Below are positions 51,205-61,275 of a stretch of DNA of 64,000 nt, piece after piece; within the stretch, counting starts at the first letter, position 1; the number at the start of each line of letters is the position of its first letter. The DNA is taken from positions 905,041-969,040 of the forward strand of contig CP181398.1 of NCBI GenBank assembly GCA_047946875.1. The letters run 5' to 3'. The translations under genes were made by a program, and so were the position numbers. Source of the DNA: Candidatus Kerfeldbacteria bacterium (GTDB lineage: Bacteria > Patescibacteriota > Patescibacteriia > UBA10025 > JAHIVO01). Under the pieces are notes generated by a model that was given only the letters and a program-made list of their open reading frames with translations, was not told the DNA's origin and searched no databases.

Positions 51205-52356
51205 TTATTTTTTTAGTAAATCTACCTTATCTAATTTCTCCCATGGGAATCCTTGGTCTTCACGTCCGAAATGTCCATAAGCGGCAGTTTTTTCATACAT
51301 TGGATGTTTCAAATCAAGTTCAGAAATAATCTCTGCCGGTTTAACTGGAAAATGTTTTTTTACAAGCTCAACAATATCACCATTTGGCAATGTGCCAGTA
51401 CCAAAAGTATTAACCATAATAGAAACTGGTTCTGCTACGCCAATAGCATAAGCTAATTGAACTTCACAACGTTTAGCTAATCCAGCGCCAACAATATTTT
51501 TTGCAATATAACGAGCAACGTATGACGCACTACGATCTACCTTAGTAATACATTTACCTGAAAAACATCCACCACCATGAGCGCCAACTCCACCATATGT
51601 ATCGACAATAATCTTACGTCCAGTCAGTCCTGCGTCAGCTGGAGGACCGCCTAATACAAATCTACCTGTAGAATTAATAAAAAAATTTATTTTATCATTA
51701 TACCATTCACCGAGTACTGGCTTAATTACATACTCCTTGATATCCTCTCGTAATTTATCCATCTCAATATCTTCTGAGTGATGTGCTGCAATAACAACTG
51801 TATTAATTCTCTTTGGTTTATCATCTTCATACTCAACAGTTACTTGAGATTTACCATCTGGTCGTAGATACGACAATTTACCGTTTTTTCTCACCTCTGA
51901 TAATTTGTGAGTAAGTTTATGAGCTAGAGAAATAGTTAATGGCATCAACTCAGGTGTTTCATCAGTAGCATAACCAAACATAAGTCCCTGATCACCAGCA
52001 CCGAACTCTTTGAATTCTCCATCACCTTCATCTACCCCTTGAGCGATATCAGGAGACTGTTCATGCAAAGTATTAATTACACCAACGTCAGAAGAACAAA
52101 AACCGATCTCTGGTTTATCATAACCAATCTTGTCTAACGTGCGTCTAACGATACTCTGAATATCTACATAAGCTTTGGTACGCGCTTCTCCACCGACCAT
52201 CACTAAACCAGTTGTTACAAAACATTCAATACCTGCATGGGTATCTGGATCTTGCCTAACCATCTCATCATAAATTGCGTCAGATAATTGATCGCATACT
52301 TTATCAGGATGCCCTTCTGTTACTGACTCAGAAGTAAATAATCTTTTTTGACTCAT
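51205..52356 (-). CDS. metK: S-adenosylmethionine synthetase
   Basis: [34 protein letters not shown]. Confidence 0.98.
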   Translation of the reverse strand: MSQKRLFTSESVTEGHPDKVCDQLSDAIYDEMVRQDPDTHAGIECFVTTGLVMVGGEARTKAYVDIQSIVRRTLDKIGYDKPEIGFCSSDVGVINTLHEQSPDIAQGVDEGDGEFKEFGAGDQGLMFGYATDETPELMPLTISLAHKLTHKLSEVRKNGKLSYLRPDGKSQVTVEYEDDKPKRINTVVIAAHHSEDIEMDKLREDIKEYVIKPVLGEWYNDKINFFINSTGRFVLGGPPADAGLTGRKIIVDTYGGVGAHGGGCFSGKCITKVDRSASYVARYIAKNIVGAGLAKRCEVQLAYAIGVAEPVSIMVNTFGTGTLPNGDIVELVKKHFPVKPAEIISELDLKHPMYEKTAAYGHFGREDQGFPWEKLDKVDLLKK

Positions 52357-52391
52357 ATTATTATTTTATTAGTAAATTATTATTTATAAAC

Positions 52392-52415
52392 AAAAAAATC
52401 TCTATATAAGAGATC
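52392..52415 (-). terminator. Terminator in the metK leader (riboswitch expression platform)
   Basis: Minus strand ATCTC-TTATATA-GAGAT followed by a T run, between aptamer and start codon. Confidence 0.55.
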
Positions 52416-52432
52416 TTTATTCAAAAAGTATT

Positions 52433-52581
52433 CTCTCATCTTTTCCTTATGACTAAGGATGGATTTAGCACCATTCGATAGGTCCTGAAATAAACTTGCC
52501 TACCGGCAGGCAGGTTCAGGACGCTTCGCGGTTGCTGTGAACGTCTTCGGGCCAAAACCCTGGTGTTCACTCTTGATAAGA
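52433..52581 (-). ncRNA. SAM-I riboswitch with palindromic insertion in P3
   Basis: Minus strand CTTATCAAGAG...GGCCCGAAGA..CAGCAACC...GGTGCTAAATCC...GATGAG, upstream of metK. Confidence 0.9.
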
Positions 52582-52604
52582 TATTATTTTGTTAATGTAA
52601 AAAA

Positions 52605-52633
52605 AGTATAGCAAGCGAATGATTAGATGTCAA
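52605..52633 (-). promoter_or_regulatory. Sigma70 promoter of the metK leader
   Basis: TTGACA-17 nt-TATACT with extended TG. Confidence 0.8.
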
Positions 52634-52698
52634 TTTAAAAAGCCGCGCTTGCAAGCAAACGCGGACTTTATAAGTAGAACAGTTGACATGTGAGTATT

Positions 52699-53643
52699 TC
52701 ACACAACATGCACAACTGTTTCAATGACCATTAACCACGTACAAGCAGTCACCAGATGGTGTATGCCATGTAACGGACGAACAGCCGTAGGTGGATCATC
52801 AAATGAATTAATGATTCCCAGTATTATACTACCTACAATCCAGATCATAAACACAATTACTGATGTACCGATGAACTGACTGATGATGACATTCGGTGAT
52901 GCCGAATGAATCCACGGTCGAGCAAAAAGCATCATTACTCCAAGTGGCATAATACACATAAGGGTAATCATACCAAGCATTCCCTGTATACCAAGATTAG
53001 CTGGTGACGGTGAATTAGTATCACCAACATTGATCGGGAATTTGTTGAGTGTCGAGAAAAGATTAGCGACTTGCATGTGTTTTAATATCTCACGTAAGAG
53101 AAATAAAAAATATACAACTGCACACACCAAATACACGTCAGTATTAGTGGGATTTAAATCAGCATTAACTGCAGCACCACTAAATAGCACACAACAAGCA
53201 GCAATCCCAGCACCATACATACTTCGCTTTAGCCAAAACGGCTCACTTCCATCCAGTTTAGTATACCGGTAGACCATCCACGCTGTATAGAAAATCACTA
53301 TAAAGTTAACCAAGGACAGATACCGAGCAACGATTACTGTCGCGATTAGGACTAGAATACCAACACCCGTCAGTAATTGCTTTTTCCACTGAGGAAAAGC
53401 CGGACCACTAATCAGCGGTAACCAAACGCCAAAGATAGTAGAATCCTGTTGACGTTTATGTGCCATCGCAGAGTAATAGAGGCTGGACGCCAAACAGAGA
53501 AGTCCCATCGCCGTAGCAGCAGCAATATTCTGCGACGTAAAAAGTTGTTGGCTAAACAGAACCGTTGCTGCCCATGTTCCAACAAAAGACGTAAGACAAA
53601 TCAGTGGTCGTGTCACCTGATAAAAAGTTTTAAAAGAACGCAT
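52699..53643 (-). CDS. Divergent UbiA-prenyltransferase-like membrane protein
   Basis: YQVTRPLIC N-terminus, multiple TM helices, REILKH where UbiA has REIxKD; Asp-rich motifs absent. Confidence 0.55.
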   Translation of the reverse strand: MRSFKTFYQVTRPLICLTSFVGTWAATVLFSQQLFTSQNIAAATAMGLLCLASSLYYSAMAHKRQQDSTIFGVWLPLISGPAFPQWKKQLLTGVGILVLIATVIVARYLSLVNFIVIFYTAWMVYRYTKLDGSEPFWLKRSMYGAGIAACCVLFSGAAVNADLNPTNTDVYLVCAVVYFLFLLREILKHMQVANLFSTLNKFPINVGDTNSPSPANLGIQGMLGMITLMCIMPLGVMMLFARPWIHSASPNVIISQFIGTSVIVFMIWIVGSIILGIINSFDDPPTAVRPLHGIHHLVTACTWLMVIETVVHVV

Positions 53644-53755
53644 ACAAAATCCTCCAAGTGTTTATTTTTACTTTTTCTATTCACACCTTATTATAAAACT
53701 GGTACTCATGTCAAGAAGATTTTTATTTAATAAATAGTCAAAAAAATTGTCAATT

Positions 53756-53880
53756 AAAAAAGCCCGTATCCAGCTGGCAACTATTATATAAATAATTAAC
53801 AATTGGTGATACGGGCTTATCCTTCTTCATAATAAAGACGGACGGGATCCTTTCAAACATAAGCCTGATTGGATCACCAC
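53756..53880 (-). ncRNA. Putative small RNA or short-peptide transcript
   Basis: Promoter TTGATT-17-TATACT (53886-53914) and terminator-like AAGCCCGTATC...GATACGGGCTT plus T run. Confidence 0.4.
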
Positions 53881-53971
53881 AAGTCAGTATAGCATATATT
53901 TACCAAAAAATCAAGTATATTTCATATATAAGTACCATAAATACTGATTTTGGTGTATAATAATAATATAT

Positions 53972-54037
53972 TTCCGGCAAAGTTTACCGCCAGGCAGAGC
54001 CTGGTCCGGCTTTGCAGGAGATCAGGCTCTGCCTGAA
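53972..54037. repeat. Nested palindromic element (copy within an inverted copy of the 35803 element)
   Basis: TTCCGGCAAAG[..CAGGCAGAGCCTGGTCCGGCTTTGC..]GATCAGGCTCTGCCTGAA. Confidence 0.75.
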
Positions 54038-54058
54038 ATAATTAATTAAAAAAAGCCT

Positions 54059-54553
54059 ATGAAAAAATTGCTAATCATCACTTTAGTTATCGGGGCAGGC
54101 CTGATATTAAGCGGATGTGGAGTAGCCGAAAAAGTTGCAGAAAACACAATTGAGTCAGCCACCAACAATGAAATTGATGTGGATATTGATGACAACAGCC
54201 TTACCCTTAATACAAATGGCGGTACCTTAGAAGTTGGAGAGAAAGTAAGTATGCCAAATAATTTTCCATCAGACATCTATGTATTAAATGGAAATCTCAT
54301 CTCTGCTATGACCATAGACGAAAATAATACATTCTCTATAAATCTTAGTACTAATGATTCGCCCACAGAAGTTAAAGCGGAATATCAGACAGAACTTGCC
54401 AACGATGGTTGGACAATTGATTCGACCTTAGACTTTGGTGGGGGATCAATGATGACTGGAACTAAAGATAACCGCTCTATTACCGTCACTATTTCTGTAG
54501 ATGAAACTGAAGGAACAACCACCGTAGGAATTAACACCTTCGACATCGAATAA
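54059..54553 (+). CDS. Hypothetical lipoprotein
   Basis: Lipobox LSGC; MPNNFPSDI..Y...L..DGW motif. Confidence 0.8.
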   Translation: MKKLLIITLVIGAGLILSGCGVAEKVAENTIESATNNEIDVDIDDNSLTLNTNGGTLEVGEKVSMPNNFPSDIYVLNGNLISAMTIDENNTFSINLSTNDSPTEVKAEYQTELANDGWTIDSTLDFGGGSMMTGTKDNRSITVTISVDETEGTTTVGINTFDIE

Positions 54554-54620
54554 AAATTATAAAACACTTTCTAAAAAACAGCCTCTAAAACAGGCTGTTT
54601 TTTTATTTTTCTTAAAATAA

Positions 54621-55385
54621 TTACGCTAATCTCTTAGTCATAATCTCATTAGCCAACTCTAATTGCTCTGGTGTGTTAACTCCTACCCATTGATCAAGAT
54701 CACTTATGGCATGAGCGCAAACAATACCTTTCTGATCTACGGCCATCTTAATAAGATCAGGTAATATTAACTCCCCTTTACCAGTAGCAGATGGCTGAAG
54801 ATTTTTAATATTTTCCCAGAGCCAATCAGCATTAAAACAATAAGTGGCCGCGTTTATTTCATTAATTTTCTTTTCTTCCTCAGTCAATACTTCTTTTTCT
54901 TTAATAGCCAAAACTCTCCCATTATCATCACGGATTACTCTACCAAGCTCGGCGGGATTTGGATGAATTAATGTTAAAACACTGGCAATTGCCTTTTCCT
55001 TAACGTGCATATTCAATAAATCTATAATCGTTCCCGGCTTATAAAAAGCAGAATCGTCTCCCTGCATTACCAATACATATTTACTGCCAGGATTTACTTT
55101 ATCAGTAGCACAGGCAACAGCATGTCCAGTACCTTTTTGTTCTTCCTGAAGCGCATATTTAAATTTATCTCCAAAATATTCTTTAATTACTTCAGCTTTA
55201 TAGCCAACTACTACTACAGCATCATCTATACTCAAATTCTCTAAAGTTTTTAGAGAATACTCTAACATAGGTTTGCCACATATCTTATGCATTACTTTTG
55301 GTATTTCAGATGGTTGGCCCTCATTCAATCTTGTCCCTTTTCCAGCTGCTAAAATAATTACACTCGTGTGTTGTAATATAGACAT
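54621..55385 (-). CDS. Sugar-phosphate nucleotidyltransferase (GlmU N-terminal domain only)
   Basis: ILAAGKGTR, PKVMHKICGKPM, QKGTGHAV, EINAATY, GVNTPEQL; no LbH acetyltransferase domain. Confidence 0.88.
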   Translation of the reverse strand: MSILQHTSVIILAAGKGTRLNEGQPSEIPKVMHKICGKPMLEYSLKTLENLSIDDAVVVVGYKAEVIKEYFGDKFKYALQEEQKGTGHAVACATDKVNPGSKYVLVMQGDDSAFYKPGTIIDLLNMHVKEKAIASVLTLIHPNPAELGRVIRDDNGRVLAIKEKEVLTEEEKKINEINAATYCFNADWLWENIKNLQPSATGKGELILPDLIKMAVDQKGIVCAHAISDLDQWVGVNTPEQLELANEIMTKRLA

Positions 55386-55386
55386 A

Positions 55387-55704
55387 TTATTGGTTATTTA
55401 TATTTTTTAAATCTTCTAATTTTTTCTTAGTTTCTGGCTGACAAGCTCCACATAAAGGATTGTCTAAAACTGCTTGCATTCCATCTGCATCAAAGTTCTC
55501 TGGTAAATTATGTTGTTTAATCTCATTATCCCCATTAAACCAACTATTCGGAATGCTTCGGGTAAAACTTTGCTCACAATCCTGGCAAGTCATTTCATAC
55601 TTACGACTTCCGTCAGTATCAGTGATAAATTTTAATTCTGGTTGCTCGTTGTCAACTTTTTTTAATTCATCATCCATGGGATAATTTTTTGCAAATTCTT
55701 GCAT
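55387..55704 (-). CDS. Small protein with a putative zinc finger
   Basis: CQDC ... CGAC. Confidence 0.6.
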   Translation of the reverse strand: MQEFAKNYPMDDELKKVDNEQPELKFITDTDGSRKYEMTCQDCEQSFTRSIPNSWFNGDNEIKQHNLPENFDADGMQAVLDNPLCGACQPETKKKLEDLKNINNQ

Positions 55705-55705
55705 A

Positions 55706-56731
55706 TTATTTCTTTATTTTTTTAACTATTTTATAAAGCTTATACCAAAAATTGTTCAAAATCAAATCATATACCCCTAAGTATGATACCCCATGCCCAC
55801 CAAAACCTTTTTTAAATCTTGTTATTCCTGACCAAGCCATTTCTTTTGCTGAACCATCAGGAGCGATTCCTCCAAAATCATAATATTTATAATTACTCTC
55901 TTTTGCATCTTTTATTTGCTGCCACTGTAATAAATGCGGAGCCATTAAATTCCTATACTCATTCGATGAAGATCCATGTACATAAGTTACGGTATCACCA
56001 AAAAAATATACCAAATTTGCAGCCAATGTTTTATTTTCAAATTCGGCTAAATATATTTTTACAATTCCCGACGGAGACAAAGTCTTGAATATATTATAAT
56101 AATACTCTCGATTATGAGACCTAAATCTATCTCGATCCGCCGTTACCTTATTTAGTTGCCAAAACTTTTCAAAATCTTCTTCAGTAGAACCTATTCTAAC
56201 TATTACCCCCTTTTTCTCGGCCAATCGAATATTATAACGTGTTTTGTGATGCATCTGGGCTAATAAATCTTCTTCTGACATATTAAAATCTAGTAACCAG
56301 CTATCTTGAGGTTGAACAAATTTCTCAGCTACAAATTTATACTTACTAATAGCCTTTGTAAATTTATCTAAATGGTGTTTTTCTAAAGGTGGTTCAATTT
56401 TTATAAACATTACCTTAGTTTCTGATAACTGAGCAACAAGTTCTCCTATAAAATATTCAAATACTTCTAAAAACTTATCTGGATGTAGTTGATCACTAAC
56501 TATTGGCCCACGTGGTATATACCAATAACTAGTACCAAATGGTAAATTATTTTTTATAGCTAAAGCAATACCAACCAACTCCTGATTGTCATACAAAGCA
56601 AATCTCTTTATTTTATTATTAATATTTTTTTGAAATTCTCCCCACTGCCACGATTGCAAAAACTGGCTCTGTTTTTGAGAGCCAACAAAATTATTTAATA
56701 TCTGATCCTCCTTAATTTCTTTTACTTCCAT
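55706..56731 (-). CDS. FemAB/FemX-family peptidoglycan peptidyltransferase
   Basis: FLQSWQWG, YIPRGP, KTRYNIRLAEKKGV, YDFGG, GITRFKKGFGG. Confidence 0.93.
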   Translation of the reverse strand: MEVKEIKEDQILNNFVGSQKQSQFLQSWQWGEFQKNINNKIKRFALYDNQELVGIALAIKNNLPFGTSYWYIPRGPIVSDQLHPDKFLEVFEYFIGELVAQLSETKVMFIKIEPPLEKHHLDKFTKAISKYKFVAEKFVQPQDSWLLDFNMSEEDLLAQMHHKTRYNIRLAEKKGVIVRIGSTEEDFEKFWQLNKVTADRDRFRSHNREYYYNIFKTLSPSGIVKIYLAEFENKTLAANLVYFFGDTVTYVHGSSSNEYRNLMAPHLLQWQQIKDAKESNYKYYDFGGIAPDGSAKEMAWSGITRFKKGFGGHGVSYLGVYDLILNNFWYKLYKIVKKIKK

Positions 56732-56746
56732 TTTGTAATTAATAAA

Positions 56747-57331
56747 TTATTCTTTTCTACCCAAAGATTTTAGAGCTGCTTTAATTTTATCTTTAACTTC
56801 GATAATATCTTTATCAACCGCCTTGGCCGCATCTCTTGCTTCTCTGACTGTATAACCTAGAGCCATTAAGCCATCTATTACATCACTATCGCCATTTGAC
56901 ATTGATTGTAATTGCGATGAATCTAAGTCATCTAATTCAATCTTATTTTTTAACTCTAAAATTAAACGTTCTGCCGTCTTCTTCCCTATTCCCGACACTT
57001 TAGTTAATAAACTAGCATCACCTTGACTAATCCCTTGTTGTAATTCATTTAGAACAGCTAATGACATGATATTTAGGGCTGACTTAGGACCAACACCAGA
57101 GACACTAATTAGTTTCTTAAAAAAACTAACCTCTTTCATATCCAAAAAACCAAATAATTCCATGGCATCCTCACGAACATTCAGATGAGTATATAATTCA
57201 ACTTCATCCCCTTTATTAACTTTTTCCAAAAAAATTGGCAAAGCAAAAACCTCATAGCCTACTCCATGCGCATCAACGATGACTGACTTATCTGTCTTAT
57301 ATTTTATTGTCCCATTGATTAATGAAATCAT
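56747..57331 (-). CDS. ruvA: Holliday junction DNA helicase subunit RuvA
   Basis: GVGYEV, VREDAMELFGF, VSGVGPKSAL, GIGKKTAERLILELK. Confidence 0.97.
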   Translation of the reverse strand: MISLINGTIKYKTDKSVIVDAHGVGYEVFALPIFLEKVNKGDEVELYTHLNVREDAMELFGFLDMKEVSFFKKLISVSGVGPKSALNIMSLAVLNELQQGISQGDASLLTKVSGIGKKTAERLILELKNKIELDDLDSSQLQSMSNGDSDVIDGLMALGYTVREARDAAKAVDKDIIEVKDKIKAALKSLGRKE

Positions 57332-57389
57332 ATTATAAGTAATTATAACATATATTTGTCATCACAAGAAAAAATATAAAACACGTTCT

Positions 57390-57495
57390 GGAATTCACCC
57401 TTTAGGGTGTTTTATTATTTATACAGCCTAAAGGCTGAATTCCAAAAATGGTTATCCCTCCATTCCACCTGCCGGCAGGCAGGGTCGAGATGACA
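57390..57495. repeat. Cluster of REP-like palindromic elements
   Basis: GGAATTCACCCTTTAGGGTG...CAGCCTAAAGGCTGAATTCC; CCTGCCGGCAGGCAGG; TCGAGATGACA. Confidence 0.7.
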
Positions 57496-57559
57496 AACTG
57501 TGTAGAACCAAAAAGCCGCTACATTAAATATGCAACGGCTTAAAATAATTTATTTTTTT

Positions 57560-59140
57560 TTAAGTAGTTTTTAAACTAGCAACTGCTTGTTCAAAATGAT
57601 CTAAACCAGAAGCTACAATAGCATCTACATCAGCTGTGCTACCTGCACTACAATCAATAGTTAAAATACCGTTATCTCTTTTGACAGTAAGAATTTTGAA
57701 TTTATCTTCACTATGAACAATTTCCGTAATTCCTCTAATCTTATCAACTCTTAATAGTTCATATCCTTTTTTCTCAAATTCTTCAATCAAAAAATCTCTC
57801 ATAGCTAAAATAAAATGTGGAGATTGTTTTAATACTCTATATGGTTCTATCACTTCAATATTATCTTCTTCTGGAGGGTTCTTGAGACCAGATTTTGGAT
57901 TCTTAAATAATGGAATCAAAATCATTGGCGCCATCAAAGTAGTAATCAAAGTCATCATTATAGCTACCCCAAATATCTCACCACTGATAATCCCAGCTGA
58001 TAAACCAATCCCAGCAACAATTAAAGCAACCTCACCACGTGGCAACATTCCAATACCGATTCTCATTGAACCTAAAAAATTAAATCCTGTAAACAAAGCC
58101 GGTAAACCAGAACCAAGAACTTTACCAATAACTGCAAAAACGCTAATTACCAAACCAAATACTAGTACAGCTCCCATAGCTTGAAAATCAACCAAAGTAC
58201 CCATGATCGCAAAAAATACCGGCACAATCAAATGCGAAGCGCCAGCTAATTTTTCTTCAAGCTCCTTACCAACCTTGGTAACTGATAATAAAATACCAGC
58301 TAAGTAAGCTCCGATAATCATAGCTAAACCAAACATTTCAGCAACAGCAGCAACTGCGAAACAAATTGCAGCGGCGATAGCCATATAAGATTTACCATCT
58401 AATTTTAACAGAACATTTGAAAGCTTCTTGCCAAAAAACCAACCTATTAAAGTCATACCTCCAAGAAATCCAACTGCTTTCAGTCCAATCGTTCCTAACT
58501 GAACCCAAGAGAATCCATCCCCACCTTCAGCACCACCACCAGCTAGTGACAAAACCAAAGCTAATATTAATATACCAATAACATCATCAATCACAGCGGC
58601 AGCTAAAATAGTAACACCTTCCTGAGTATCAAGCTTATACATATCAGATAAAACTCTGGCTGTAATACCTACAGAAGTCGCTACCATGATCGCCCCCATA
58701 AATAAGGCTGAAGTATCCATTATATTATCAGCGAAACCAAACATCATTGTTCCCCAAACACCTAGGAAAAATGGTAAAACCACACCACCAAGCGCAATGC
58801 CTAATGACTTCATGCCATATTTAATAAATAATTTAGCGTCAGTCTCTAAACCTACTAAGAATAATAGTAAAATAGCTCCAATCTGACCAAAGAAATATAA
58901 TTCAGTAGAAATTGGTAATGTTGAAACATGCTCACCGACTGATTCAATCACTGGAAATAATTTTCCAATAAATGGTAATGTGATCGCACCTAAAGCAAAT
59001 GGTCCGACGACCATACCACCGATCAATTCACCAAGAACTTCAGATTGTTTAAATTTTTTAAATAGTAAGCCAAATAATTTGGCGGCCATTAGCAATACTG
59101 CTAACTGAAGCACGAGATGTGCTAATTCTTCCGGATCCAT
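57560..59140 (-). CDS. CPA2-family cation:proton antiporter with C-terminal extension
   Basis: VLGELIGG, ATSVGITARVL, AAVIDDVIG, GMLPRGEVAL. Confidence 0.92.
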   Translation of the reverse strand: MDPEELAHLVLQLAVLLMAAKLFGLLFKKFKQSEVLGELIGGMVVGPFALGAITLPFIGKLFPVIESVGEHVSTLPISTELYFFGQIGAILLLFLVGLETDAKLFIKYGMKSLGIALGGVVLPFFLGVWGTMMFGFADNIMDTSALFMGAIMVATSVGITARVLSDMYKLDTQEGVTILAAAVIDDVIGILILALVLSLAGGGAEGGDGFSWVQLGTIGLKAVGFLGGMTLIGWFFGKKLSNVLLKLDGKSYMAIAAAICFAVAAVAEMFGLAMIIGAYLAGILLSVTKVGKELEEKLAGASHLIVPVFFAIMGTLVDFQAMGAVLVFGLVISVFAVIGKVLGSGLPALFTGFNFLGSMRIGIGMLPRGEVALIVAGIGLSAGIISGEIFGVAIMMTLITTLMAPMILIPLFKNPKSGLKNPPEEDNIEVIEPYRVLKQSPHFILAMRDFLIEEFEKKGYELLRVDKIRGITEIVHSEDKFKILTVKRDNGILTIDCSAGSTADVDAIVASGLDHFEQAVASLKTT

Positions 59141-59390
59141 AGTTTTGTTTTTTTAATTTTAATTAATAATGAAATTTTTAAAAAAAGCCCGTTTCAACCG
59201 AACTATTTAAATATTATGATACTCTTTTGCATGAAAGAGTCAAGACTCAGCGAATTTTAATATGAGATAAAATAAAAACTGCCAAAATAAACGGTTTTTT
59301 AATATTTTTATACAAATATTACCAAATAAAAAAACCAACTTATAATAAGTTGGTTTTGTGATAATGATCAATGCGTTTAATTATGCAACA

Positions 59391-60728
59391 TTAAGGAGCA
59401 ACGGCCATCAAATGTTTTGCATAGTCAGGCATATCATTTTTGAAAATATTACCCGTCATATCTATTCTCACGGAATCCATACCAATCCCTTGAAGATCGA
59501 TTAATCTCAGTCCCTTGAATTGTACAAGACACAATTTTCTAAGAACCCTTATAGCTAATGTATGAACCTGTGAAGCTCTTGATTCAGATACACTCAAAAC
59601 TTCACCAATCTCCCTCAATGTCATCTCTTCAAAATAATATAGATAGATAACAGATGACTGTTGGAAGTTCAGTTTTTCTTTTATCGCATCAAGAACATAG
59701 TCAACAACCTGTTGCTTCGAAATAACCGAAGTTATGCTGGGAAGGTCAGAACTTATTGTCTCAATTCGCGGGACCTGCCTATTATCATTCTCCCGATATA
59801 TGATTTCATCTAAGGATAGAACTAATCCCTGTTTCAGGTCTGCCATTTGAAGCAATAATCTTTCCGGCGTTATTCCCATTTTTTCAGCAATGAGCTCTGT
59901 CATTTCCGGTCTGTCACCCAAATCGTTTAGTAACCTACTATAGGTTTTTTCAATTTCACGATGAGAAGATCGAGTTGATCTAGGGACCCAGTCAAGCATA
60001 CGCACAGAATCAAGAATTGCACCCCTGATTCTCGGAGTGGCATATGTTTGGAACTTGACTCCGGCATATGGATTAAACTCGTCTATTGCTTCAGACAATC
60101 CTATAACACCATCATGTATCAAATCCTTCAGTTCCACGGATCTTGGAAATCCCATTGCCAATCGTGTGGCAACGCTATTAACAATAAATAGATAGCGTAG
60201 CATAAACTGCTGTTTGACCTTAGCTTTATAGCCATTGTCATGCCTTATGCGTAGAAAGTATATCCACCTCTTGTTAGACTGCATCAGATAATCAAACCGT
60301 GAAGGATATTTAGAACTTCCGTCCTCAACAAGCTCAAAATTGTTCATTTTTTGTGCAGTCCAAAACCACATAAAAATCATGAACGCTTTTTTTACTGCCC
60401 TTGCTGGGTTGGAAGGAAAATTAACCATACATCTCGCTTCTTTAACAAGCTCCTCAAGATCAACGTAAGTTATTATCCCTCCATGATTTCCGGCAAAATG
60501 AATAACGGATTTAAGCCATCTGTTAGCCATAGTTACCCTATGAAATTCACTCCCGCCTAATGGTTTAAATTTGACATTGTCAATCCATTGAGAAATACCA
60601 AATTCTGGGCCAAGCCATCCTCTTTTTTTTGCGATAGATCTAACGCCCCTCTTAGAAACATTCCCCATGCTGTTTCTTATTATCCTCAATAACTCCAACG
60701 CATTCACATTAGCTTCCTGCTTGTTCAT
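59391..60728 (-). CDS. FliA/WhiG-family sigma factor with a ~170-aa N-terminal extension
   Basis: DLIHDGVIGL..AI..F, KFQTYATPRIRGAILD..R.LDWVPRS, LYYFEEMTLREIGEVLSVSESRASQVH. Confidence 0.88.
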   Translation of the reverse strand: MNKQEANVNALELLRIIRNSMGNVSKRGVRSIAKKRGWLGPEFGISQWIDNVKFKPLGGSEFHRVTMANRWLKSVIHFAGNHGGIITYVDLEELVKEARCMVNFPSNPARAVKKAFMIFMWFWTAQKMNNFELVEDGSSKYPSRFDYLMQSNKRWIYFLRIRHDNGYKAKVKQQFMLRYLFIVNSVATRLAMGFPRSVELKDLIHDGVIGLSEAIDEFNPYAGVKFQTYATPRIRGAILDSVRMLDWVPRSTRSSHREIEKTYSRLLNDLGDRPEMTELIAEKMGITPERLLLQMADLKQGLVLSLDEIIYRENDNRQVPRIETISSDLPSITSVISKQQVVDYVLDAIKEKLNFQQSSVIYLYYFEEMTLREIGEVLSVSESRASQVHTLAIRVLRKLCLVQFKGLRLIDLQGIGMDSVRIDMTGNIFKNDMPDYAKHLMAVAP

Positions 60729-60853
60729 GACACGTATTGCCTCCTTGTTATTTTTGTTTATTAATGTTCATTTTTTATTAAACAAACTTAACAATTAACT
60801 TATACTTTGTCAATGCAATAAAAAAAGGGTAGATATTTAATCTGACCCTTTTA

Positions 60854-61165
60854 TTAACCACGTAGGTTAATTTCTACTATTGAGACTGCTTTGTTAGTAC
60901 CGTCACAGCAACTACATGATGCTGTTTGGAAGAAAACATCAGATAAATTATCAGGCAATTGCTGATCAATATCAGCGGATAATAATTCGACTCCTTTTTG
61001 AGTCTGTTCTAATATGTTTCCACATCCAGTACAAAACGAGTACATTACAGATTCAGGCCCCTCCAGAGGCTCTTGTAACCTAATATAATTAGGCTTGAAT
61101 CCTCCGATTGCCTTAGCTATACCTGTCTTTCCTAACATGTTTCCTTTGTTAATGTGATCATTCAA
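60854..61165 (-). CDS. Hypothetical Cys-rich protein
   Basis: AGGAGG SD; CTGCG and CSCC motifs. Confidence 0.6.
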   Translation of the reverse strand: MNDHINKGNMLGKTGIAKAIGGFKPNYIRLQEPLEGPESVMYSFCTGCGNILEQTQKGVELLSADIDQQLPDNLSDVFFQTASCSCCDGTNKAVSIVEINLRG

Positions 61166-61275
61166 TGTATGTCCTCCTATAACAATAATGAATGTTTCGC
61201 GAAAACCACCTTAACTAATATTGAATATTTTGTCAACCCACCTCTTTAATTAAAGAGCTGGTCAACCCCTAAATT

